DNA from: the human T2T-CHM13v2.0 reference genome, Homo sapiens | Assembly: GCF_009914755.1 (NCBI RefSeq) | Contig: NC_060926.1 | DNA: 64,000 bases | Direction: 5' to 3' (one strand) | Part shown: one piece after another, positions 40,375 through 51,329 of the stretch | Layout: every line of letters starts with the position of its first letter | How positions within the stretch are numbered: position 1 is the stretch's first letter | Position numbers and translations under genes: made by a program | Notes under the pieces: generated by a model | The model's input: the letters and a program-made list of their open reading frames with translations, nothing else | Told to the model about the DNA's origin: nothing | The model's database searches: none

Positions 40375-41669
40375 CAAGAGGGCTTCAAAAAATTTGTGGA
40401 AAAAATAAAATTAAAGGCTAAAAATAAAAAATATAAGCTTTATTTCTCAAGACAAGCTCCGTCAAGTTCAAGACACTTTTGTAAGCAATGATACCAGCCA
40501 TTGAGTCCATCCCTAAAGAACTGAGATCCCAGGAGTTTAACCATGCCAATGTAGTCTATTACTCTTGTAACTGAAGAAAAATGAATGCCCTTTAACTATT
40601 TGTTAAGATTAGGAAACAAAAAGAAGTCAGAGGAAGCCAAATCAGGAATGTAAGGTAGTTGCGTAATGATTTCCCATCAAAACTCTCAAAAAATTGCCTT
40701 CGTTTGCTGAGAAGAATGAGCAGGAGCATTGTTATAGTGGAGAAGGAGTCTCTGGTGAAGATTTCCCAGGCACTTTTTTGCTAAAGCTTTGGCTAACTTT
40801 CTCAAAACATGCTTATAATAAGCAGATATTGTCATTTTTTCGCCATCCAGAAAGTCAACAAGCAAAATGCCTTGAGCATCCCAAAAAACTGTTGCCATGA
40901 CCTTTGCTCTTGACCAGTCTCTTTTGCTTTGATTAGGCCACTTCATCTTTTGGTAGTCATTGTTTTCTTTGTGCCATGTCTTCAGGATGGTACTGATAAA
41001 GCCATATTGCTCTGATAGGGGCTACAATTATTTAAAGAAATTCTTCAGGATCTGGATTGCACTTATTTAAATTTCCACTGAAGCTCTGCTCTTTTCTGCA
41101 GTTGATCTGGGTGCAATGGTTTTGGCACTCATCAAGTGGAAAGTTTGCTCAACTTTAATTTTTCAATCAGAATTGTGGAAGCTGAACCAATTGAGATATC
41201 TATGGTGTTGGCTATCTTTTCTGTTAATTGTTGGTCCTCTTCGATTAGGGCACAAACAAGATTAAGTTTTTCCTTGCAAATTGATGTGGATGGTCTGCTG
41301 CAGTGGGCTTCATCTTCAACATCATCTCATCTCTTCTTAAAATGAGTTAGCCATTTGTAAATAGCTAATTTCTTTGGGCCTTGTCCCTCTAAACATTTCA
41401 TAAAGCATCAGTGATTTCACCATTCTTCCACCTAAGCTTTAGCATAAATGTGATGGTTTCTTTTGCTTCAATTTTATCAGAATTCATGTTTCTCTGATAG
41501 GGGCTCTTTTCAAACTGATGTTTTATCCCTCTTAGTGCCTCAAACTAGATCCTGTGTATCTATGTTATAACAAGTTAGCATGGGTTTATTTTGGTGCAAA
41601 AAAAAATCAGAAATCCATGCGTAGTTACCTTATATTACACATTTCCATGAACTTTTTGAAGACTCCTCG
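40375..41669 (-). mobile_element. HSMAR2 mariner transposon, full length (~1.3 kb)
   Basis: TIRs CAAGAGGGCTTCAAAAAATTTGTGG / CCATGAACTTTTTGAAGACTCCTCG followed by TA; ORF-track peptide KVMATVFWDAQGILLVDFL...NAPAHSS. Confidence 0.96.
40440..41487 (-). pseudogene. Defective Hsmar2 transposase
   Basis: Start MNSDKIEA at 41487; W of WVPKPL is a stop; TGDETW replaced; HHDNA changed to HYNNA; YIPDLASSD retained; frameshifts. Confidence 0.9.
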
Positions 41670-42660
41670 TATTTCATTTAACAACGGAAGAGTCCATTCC
41701 CTTACTAGTATTGTCAAAGAATGGTCCTTTCTGTGGGAGAGCAAAGCACACCAAAGAGAGAGTTGGAAGAAACACTAAAGGTGGCAGCACCTACTTCCTG
41801 CAGGTGACAAACTCATGGCAAGTCTCCGTACCTTATCTTTCACTCCACCAGAAAGAAAATTCATTAAGTGATGAATGTTGACTCCAGGATGCCTGTTGAC
41901 ATGTTTCATTGAATTTTAAAATGCAGCAAAAGTCAGGCTTTTTCTTACTGAGAGTCAGTTTGATTGACGGTGAGTTTGGCTTTACTAATTAAGTTAAATG
42001 GTGGACAAAATTTATAAGTGAATGAGCTAAATCTGCAGCTCCGTGTGTGTGTGTGTGTAAACTTATTTTTTAAAAATTATACTAGTAAGATATTTCAAAA
42101 TTAATAATATCTTGATTATTCTAACCCTTTCAGAGTATATCAGATTAAATGAGGCACTTCTTGTGGAAAAGTGACACAATATAATTGCCATGGAAGAGAT
42201 TTTTAAATATACTTTCTAGAAATTGAGAATATGAATGAGTGCAATGACCAAAAATAAATGTTCACAGTTAGTTGATTCTCCATTCTTCAAAGAAGTTCAA
42301 ATTGATGGAACACCTAATTGAATTGTCAGCTGATAGATCATTAAAAATAATTTTTGATGATAGATGACCATGATTTGGGTATATAACTGGGAAGGAGTTA
42401 AAAGAATTGATTATCTTTGATATAACAAAGCTTTTTCTATTTCAATCATATTTTGTGAACATGTTTTCTCAGCAGGTACATATATAAGAAAGAAAAAATG
42501 GAAGTAGAATTGAAGCTAAGCACTGCCTCATTTTAACAATAAGTAATATTCATCCATGTATAGAGAAGAAGGCTGAAAAAAGAAAGCCCTCCTATGTCAT
42601 TAACAGATGCATTTCCAATATCATTGCATTTTTGTTATTTATTAAAATTCATATTATATT

Positions 42661-42953
<293 letters not shown>

Positions 42954-43785
42954 TTATGATATTTTGATCAATAAAATTGTTTTAATGAATAATATAGAAA
43001 TTGTTTTTTAACACTTAGAGCTAATGATCACAGGAGGTTTTCAGTTAATTTCAATACCTACACAGTTTTATTACAGTGACTATAATAAGCATGAAGACAT
43101 ATTAGAATAAAATTCCATGGGGGAAGTGGGATGGAAATGCAGATCTAAGGAGAAATAAGAACAATATAAAAGTTCTGATGGCCAAAGAAGACCTGGTTGG
43201 CATAATTTTTAAACAAGTGATGGTGGCTAACACATTGTTATAGTATGTATGTTTCACTGGACACATTAAGGAGTATTATTACAATTTTATAACTGTCAAA
43301 TTTTCAGTATGCCAGAGATTGTACTTTTTGTGATTACTGTTTAAATTCCTGATTTAAAAAAGTGTAGTTGTCAATGTGCCCACACTGCCTCAGCCTCGGC
43401 TTAGCCCTCCCCTCGCTGGAATACTCTTCCCCTCCTGGCCAGGACAGTGTGTGCATGGAGGCCCTGGAACTGGTGTGGCCCAGCCATGTACAGAACCCAG
43501 GATGGGGCATGTGGTAGGGGTAGGAGCACCCGGGACTTAATGTCTGCATCACAGCTTTGCCAGAGCTGTCCTGACCACACCATTCTCCAACAGCCAAGCA
43601 GAGGGAAGTTTCATACCTTCCTTCAGGGATTATGTCCTCCATGTGAGCTGAGGACAGCAACAGGTGGCATCCCTGTTGGGACAAAGAGTCTCCAGGACTT
43701 TCAGGCTACAGACCCTTGCAATGTCCTCTACCTTAACCGGTGATGCTTGGATTCCTACAAGAAAGTGTACTAAGGGGCCTGGGCT

Positions 43786-43840
43786 CACACACATACATGC
43801 ATACACACACACACACACACACGTGTATACACACCCACAT
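43786..43840. repeat. Imperfect (CA)n microsatellite
   Basis: CACACACATACATGCATACACACACACACACACACACGTGTATACACAC. Confidence 0.9.
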
Positions 43841-45673
43841 ACCATTTACCCCATCCACTGCACAGCCTACCCTTCCCCCTAGCAAACTCTGGATATGCAC
43901 TCCAGGGAGAAAGGGAGGGAAGACTTAAGCATACAGGCTAATGGAGAAGACAATCCCTACACAAAGGCTGAGAGAGGGCATCAGAATGCCTACCCCCTCT
44001 ATCCCCAGTCAAAATGAGGGACAGAATTTGTTTTCTTAAAAAAAATGACGGTTTAAAGGGTCCAGAGCCTGAAATATTTACCATGCTTCTTTAGGACTAG
44101 CTGCAACAGAAGAGAACCACTTATATAAATAGCAAGGCCATCATAAAGAAAGCAACGTCTTAGGGAAGAGCAATCCATGAAGGACGCCTGGAGGAAAAGA
44201 GATATTTAAATGAGTTTTTGAAGGTGGTTTGAATCTCACAGAGGCTACTAAGCAACAATTCCGATTTTTATTGTCCCCTAGAATGTTCCCTCTGTGGTGA
44301 AGAGATAGTATTGAAAATACTAGAGATCGGCTGGAGACAGATAAGCGGAAATTTGGGGAAGGGAAGTGAGAGGGGTGGAGTGGGATGAGAGAAGAAAACT
44401 CCTGTCTCAAGTCTAGTAACACTGCCCTACTTCGTTTCATTATCAGAGAAGAACGGGCCTTATAAATGATGACGTTATAAGTCTAAACACCAGCCCCAGG
44501 GAAAAGCATCTCAGCTGCCTCGGTAATTATAGATCTGCTTCCTGCCTGCCTTCGAGAGTGATCTATGTGAGCACCGGGAACTGACAGGCAGGAGAACTTT
44601 CCTCCGAGACCAGTGAGGTTTTAGCTGTAAAAGCATAACCTGGCACAGTGCTGAGCCTTGTTGGGTTGTCCTGGCTTTGGGCCTCGGTCAGTGAACCCAC
44701 AGGATGTGGGGCCAGCGGGTCCCTGGACCCAGTGGCACAGCCACGGGGGACCACCAGGCCCACTGCTCAGTCCTCTTCTCCTTGGGTGAAGTGAGCCACA
44801 GCAGTGGGTGGTCACCCACTTTCCAGCCCAGTTTGGTCCCTCTCTTCTAGGCACTCTTGGTTCTAGCCCAGCCAGGGGGCTTGCTCTAGCCCAGAACCTC
44901 CCTGCCCCTGTGTTGTCCTGCTAAAGCCACTTCCCTCCCAGAAATGCCCTTTGTCTGTACACCCCCATGTCTACCTTCTACCGTTCCGTCAAGCCTTATC
45001 TCTAAAGTCCCCCACCTACCCCCCCCCGATAAAGCCTTCTCGGAGTCCTCATCCACCCACCCAGCCCTTGAGCTGAAGTCAGCTATCCTCTGAGCTGCAG
45101 CCCCTGAGTTCCTGACCTGTAATTCTCTCATGGTTATTTATGTGGTCTGATTGCCCCTCCTAGCCTGGGGCAGGGATTATCAGTTCCTCTTCACTTCAAC
45201 TCCATGGACATGAGCTGAGCACCTTCAGGGCACCAGGAACTGTGCAGGGTACATTAGTGAGGGCGGGAGACCTGGCCTTACAGCCAGGAGCTAATATCTC
45301 CGTAGGAGAACTGAGGCTTAAACAGCCTGGCCAAGGTTGCCAAACAGCCCAGCGCACCACCCTCCATGGCCAAGCTCCACTCTCTCCCTACAGCTGTAGC
45401 CCAGAATGTGGTTTAGTACCAGAAGACTGATTTCTCTTTCGCTGTATGCAGACCAACTGTTGACGAGGTGATGGTCCAGGAAGCCGTGGTTGGAAGGAGG
45501 TACAGCAAATATTGCTCAGTGCTTAGTCACTGGGCATGGGCCTCCCAGGAATGACAGCTGCACCCTCTGTCATAACATTTTATCTATCTGGAGGCCCAGG
45601 AGGGACTCTGGGAGCCAAGATTCCTACTGGCCCCAGCAGAGTACAGGGAGAACATTCAGTTCACAACCAGCAG

Positions 45674-45812
45674 GTGGTTCCTAACTTTCTGAGAAGGTAA
45701 TGAAAGTTCTGGATGTTCTCCCCAGAAATGCACAAAAACATATGCACATACTGTTTTGCACACAGCTTCAGGGAATCACCCACCCTCAGAAGCCTATCCA
45801 TGGAGCCCTGCA
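45674..45812. mobile_element. Charlie4z-like hAT MITE
   Basis: ATGAAAG...CTCCCCAGAAATGCACA...TTTTGCACACAGCTTCAGGG...GAAGCCTATCCATGG. Confidence 0.6.
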
Positions 45813-46399
45813 CTAGTACTTTGATCTAAACTATGGGTCCTTTAGTGTGGGTGCTGAGAAACAATGGGCAAAACATATGTATTCTGGGGAATGGGTGCTC
45901 AGAAAATGTTAATGAATGACCTTGACTTTGACCAGGCCAAGATCCTTAATTGTGGTCACTGATGGGTATTTCTTATACTCTCTGCTAGAGCCTGTGTGAG
46001 CCCTTAGCTGGAGCTCTCCCAGGGTTCAGGTAGAATAAGCAGCCCACTGCATGGGGGCATCTGTGGGGTTCAGGGAAGGCCCCGCTCCTCAAAAGCCCCT
46101 TCCTCGAACAATCTGCCTTTGGACTCACCATCCCTGGAACTCTGCCGTTAGCATAACATCCTTTTGAAGGATCCTTTTGAGTTTACGGAGCCCCTTTGCC
46201 CCTCCCAGAAAGAGCTCAGGGGTGAAGGACAGATGTGTACAGAAGAGAAAGGATCTCAGCAAATGAAGGTAGAGAGCAAAGAGACTTCCCAATCTGGACT
46301 CAGCCTTCCCTAAGGGTGATATTCAGACCAGGAGCCTGCAGTCTTTAGAAAGTTTGGATTTATCCAAGCTGGAAAGGCTTTCCCAAAAGGGGTGTAGAG

Positions 46400-46590
46400 G
46401 GATGAGGATGCAGATTTATTGGGTTTCTATTATGTGCCAGATGATTTCCACATATTATCTCATTTAATCCTCACAGTGTCAGGAAGAGCAAGTATCATTT
46501 TCCGCATTTACAAGTGAGGAAACTGAGGTAAATGTGCCCAAAGTCACACAGCTAGTATGTTGCAGAACCCATAAGCTTTCCTACCATATA
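46400..46590 (-). mobile_element. MIR
   Basis: ATCTCATTTAATCCTCAC...TTTACAAGTGAGGAAACTGAGG...CCCAAAGTCACACAGCTAG. Confidence 0.8.
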
Positions 46591-46789
46591 ATAAATTGAG
46601 GGAGTTTTGCTTTATTTTGTTTTAGGACAGAACACAGATTGAGCCTGTGGTCACTTCAGCTGAGAATCAGGGATAATTTGCGGAGACTAAAGTTGCCCTG
46701 AATTACCTCAACTTTAGAAACTGGCAAATAGGCAAAAACCCTGTTTCCCATGGAACCAGTACTAGTTTGCACAGTGATCTTGAGAACTA

Positions 46790-47133
<344 letters not shown>

Positions 47134-47197
47134 TATATATATATATATATACACATATATATATGTGTATATATATATATACACACATATATATGTG

Positions 47198-47266
<69 letters not shown>
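47134..47266. repeat. Compound (TA)n/(CA)n/(TG)n microsatellite
   Basis: 133 bp of alternating purine-pyrimidine sequence. Confidence 0.97.
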
Positions 47267-47270
<4 letters not shown>

Positions 47271-47704
47271 AAGTGGAAAGATTTTCCCTAAAGACCTAGG
47301 GCCAGGTCTTCCAGAAGCTGGGGATGATGCTGTCACACACACCTCTGCTAGGATGCCGTGTTTGGGAGCCCAGGGGAACTCAGAAGCCAGGCCCCTGCGA
47401 ATGTGACCAGGGACTTAACTGTCCATACGCTTTATAGTACAAGAAAATCACCAGCCTGGGAAAATATTCACTTCCAACACATTCGTTATTTCAATATTTT
47501 TTTTTTGGGAAGTATTTTTATTTACTTTGCCTCTTTGGCTTCTCCTGTTATTTTCAAAAACAAGCATACTCCCATAAATGTGATAGTCATCATGGACATA
47601 GCAGCTAACATCCAGGAATCTACTGCAGACTAAAAAGCACTTTCCTTTGAAAGAAAAATTATGATTATGGAACATCATCAAGGCTTTATAAGACAGTCAG
47701 TGTT

Positions 47705-47906
47705 CACATGGACACAGGGAGGGGAACATCACACACCAGGGCCTGTTGCGGGGTAGGGGGCAAGGGGAGGGAGAGCATTAGGACAAATACCTAATGCATG
47801 AGGGGCTTAAAACCTAGATGACGGGTTGATGGGTGCGGCAAACCACTATGGCACATATATACCTATGTAACAAACCTGCACATTCTGCACATGTATACCA
47901 GAACTT

Positions 47907-47938
<32 letters not shown>
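47705..47938 (+). mobile_element. L1PA7/8 short 5'-truncated insertion
   Basis: GGGGCTTAAAACCTAGATGACGGGTTGATGGGTG 3'UTR; A27 tail; TSD core AGTCAGT(G/A)TT. Confidence 0.92.
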
Positions 47939-49559
47939 GAGTCAGTATTGAAATAAAGATTTTTTTTTTTGTAATAAGCAACTTTTAGTATGTATATTTC
48001 CTCCTGTTTCTCTTATGGATAAATTTATTTTTAACTAGATGTTTTAAAATAAATCACTCTCCTAGTGACCTCATTAGACAGGAAAATAGGGACCAACCAG
48101 GGCATCTACATGCAAATAAATATTTTTGCACACTAATATTTGCAAACTAATGACTTTTGAGGTCAGTTAGAGAGGTTTCTCAGGCAAAACCATCTGGATA
48201 ACCTCTCCAAAAAACAAAACCTTTTCCTACTTAATAGAAGGTTCTGCAGTAAACATTCTTGGCACCTCAAGTTGTCTTGTTGCTAATCAGCTATTATTAT
48301 AGGGGTTCACTGCAGAACAATGTCCTAAAAGCTCTTTATCTCAGTTACATAAGCAGAATGGCATTTCAAAATCTCATTTTTAAAAGGCATTAGTCACCAG
48401 TATAACAAAACACATGCTCTGTACCAATAAAATTTAATGTTCAATAAAAAATGCTTGTTTACGTGCATTTTTATATGCCTCTATATAAAAGAAACCATGT
48501 TTTCATGAGATGAAGTATTTTCCTTAGGTCAGTGGACACTCCCTCCCATTTCTCTGTCAAAACCCATCCCATCTCATTGTCATCTTCCCTGGAAAGAAGG
48601 CAGAAATTCAAGAGAGGAGGAGGAGCAGATTCGGGAGTTATAACTTTGTGATTTGAAGCTAAACGGTAGCTCTGCCTCCCTGCTCACCTGACCCAGTCTG
48701 ATATGAGTAACTACTGCAGGCAGATAGTTAGAACAAGCTTCATCACATCTCTGCACCCAAACCCACCAGGTTGTGAACCTGCAAGAGGGTCCCCTTCCTC
48801 TACGCCAGCAGTAAAGAGAGAACCAGAGCATGCATGAGGACAAGAACAATGATAAAGGGTGGTTTACTTTATTTTTTTTACATTCCCTTTGTTATTCTTA
48901 AGTCCAGAGGAATCAATCAAAACAACTGCTTGTTAAATTAAACATTTGCTCCATCCAAAATACTTGACTTGTATGAAGTAGGGTAATAGTTCACTTTAAG
49001 CCACTATAGCTCTATTTGATATCTTTAGGCTAAAATTTCTCCTTCAGTCTAATTTAAACTTCCTAATTGAAGTTTATGGACTAGCAGTATCTAATTTTTG
49101 CCTGTGTTACTAGGTTTGATGTATTTCTTACACGCATTCAGAATTCACATAGCACAGCATTGTAAAGATAATACTAGGTCATTCACAGACTTGTCTTATG
49201 TGCTTAGCAACCATGGGAAAAGGTGGTCAGACTTAAGGGTAGGATCTTGTAGGTAATATTTTTCTTTTTGGTACTATAAACAAAAATGTGTTGTATTAAG
49301 TAGTATTTAATTCTAAGAGCTTAAAATTTTATTCAATAACAGGTTAAATGATTCATTAGATACCAAAACCCTAACAAATAAAAACATTTTAAAATTAAGC
49401 TTCATAGTAACAGAGTGGAATCATGAGGACAGAGAAATATGTCCTGGCAACTATTTTTTGTGTTGGCAAACAAGTCCAGCTCCGACTAACTCTTCCTTTT
49501 CCTTGCCTGAAAGCCTTTTCAAATTCTAGACAAACTACTTCTCTGTCAGAGTTCAGAAA

Positions 49560-49990
49560 AAGAATGGAAAAACAAAGCTAAGCTGACACCATTTTTTGCC
49601 CATGATGTCATTTTCTGTCTTCCAAAGCCTGTGGGTCTGATTTTGATGTCAGGGTGCGTAACTCCACAGTGACAGCCCCAAATGTATTTGGAGGGGGAAA
49701 TAGCCTTTCAGCTCCGTGGCATTTTCCCCACGAAGACAAATATAGCCCGGGCTGAAATCACTTAGTGTCAATCAAGGTAACCAGATCAGCTCAGCATTAG
49801 TAATGAATTTGGTCACGTGCCCCCACAGAGAGCAGAGTGTGAGATAGCTGAGCACTTGTTCCATGTGACACCCACTGGCTTCTATGTCAGGCCACAGCTC
49901 TCCCAGCCTAGCTAGGAAGCAACATGGTAATTTAATCTGCCACCCACTCTAATTACCAAACTCAGAGAATTATCAGGGCTGCCAGGAAAG
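49560..49990. promoter_or_regulatory. Candidate enhancer (unique, motif-dense)
   Basis: TGATGTCA twice (49603, 49644), GTGCGTAAC, TGACAG, GGTCACGTG E-box (49811), TCAGCA/GCTGAG half-MAREs, TAATTA, TTATCA; several retained CpGs. Motif inference only. Confidence 0.35.
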
Positions 49991-50040
49991 GGTTTTCAGA
50001 GCACTGGGTCTAGGCTTGGTGGCTGGTATGCAAGTCATGC

Positions 50041-50215
50041 CTGGGGTTGTCATTAGGTTTTGTGGGGTCCAAGGTTTATACAACTTGAGGTCTCTTTTTA
50101 AGGAAAAGAATACAAAACTACAAATACAAAATTAGGAGCAGGGCCTGGGAAGGGGACAGTGGAAGTGAGAGGCCCAGAAGCTTGTTTCATTAGCATCATG
50201 GTAAAGCCACCTCTG
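50041..50215 (+). mobile_element. Arthur1A-like hAT-Tip100 MITE
   Basis: AGGTTTTGTGGGG...AAAAGAATACAAAACTACAAATACAAAATTAGG...GGTAAAGCCACCTCTG. Confidence 0.7.
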
Positions 50216-50480
50216 GTTGTCATGGAAACCTAAAGATCATTAGCCTTTTGCCTGTGTCCTGGATTCTGAATTGACTCCATGTTGGTCCATCCTCTCTACT
50301 CTTCTGTAATCTTTTGTAGTTTCCCATGTTTCCTCACTTGAAGATGAACTGTACAATACTATCATGGATCAGCCCTCTTCAAATAAATATAGGATTATGT
50401 GTCTGACAGGCACCAATCACCAGTTGGTATGCTTTGGTTGTTCTCTATGATGTCAACTTTTAAAAGTCAAGGATATAAGG

Positions 50481-50791
50481 GGCTGGGCACGGTGGCTCAC
50501 TCCTGTAATCCTAGCACTTCAAGAGGCCGAGGTGGGTGGATCACCTGAGGTCAGGGGTTTGAGACCAGCCTGGCTAACATGGTCTCTACTATGAGTAGAG
50601 ACGGAAACCCTGCCTCTACTAAAAATACAAAAATTACCTGTGCGTGGTGGCAGGCGCCTGTAATCCCAGCTACTTGGGAGGCTGAGGCAGGAGAATCACT
50701 TGAACCCTGGAAGCGAAGGCTGCAGTGAGCCTAGATCGCACCATTGCACTCCAGCCTGGGTGACAAGAGCAAAACTCCGTCTCCAAAAAAA
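50481..50791 (+). mobile_element. AluSq with a 20-bp hairpin insertion
   Basis: CCATTGCAC...GACAAGAGCAAAAC diagnostics; 19-bp TSD AAAAGTCAAGGATATAAGG / AAAGGTCAAGGATGTAAGG. Confidence 0.93.
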
Positions 50792-50810
50792 AAAGGTCAA
50801 GGATGTAAGG

Positions 50811-51112
50811 GAACAGGAGAGGCTGTTCAGTGGGTACAAAGTTACACTTGGAATGAATAAGTTCTGGTGTTCTGTTACACAGTAGGGTGACTGCAGCAAA
50901 TAACAGTGTAGTGGATATTTCAAGATAGCTATAAGAGATTTGGAATGTTATCATTGCAAAGAAATGATAAGTGTTTAATGTGATGGATATGGTAATGACT
51001 CTGATTTGATCATTATGCAATCTATACATGCATTGAAACATGGCACTGGCCCCCATAAATATATAGTTATTACCATTATTGTGTCAATTATAAATAAAAA
51101 AATCAATTTTTT
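50811..51112 (+). mobile_element. L1MA6/7-type 3' end, 5'-truncated
   Basis: GGGTACAAAGTTAC...GAATAAGTTCTGGTGTTCT...AGTAGGGTGACT...CCCCATAAATATAT...GTCAATTATAAATAAAA. Confidence 0.85.
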
Positions 51113-51329
51113 AAAAGTTAGGGATATGTTCCAAATATCTTTAGTTTCCCCTAAGTAATCTGCAATAAAATCCTTGGATAAGAATGACCACAGACTCAAT
51201 TACCAGAAGCAAAAATAATAGAACAACAGAGTCAGGGAGGCCCTTAAAGAGTCAGTTTTCAAGGCAAAAGATTGCCTGTCCTATTTAAGTACCTATAAAC
51301 AAATTAAAAGCATTATTACCACAAATGGG

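Noticed and set aside
47912-47938. Pure A27 tail suggesting a recent L1 insertion
   Set aside because: The 3'UTR diagnostics are L1PA7/8 and the TSD copies have diverged; slippage explains the homopolymer
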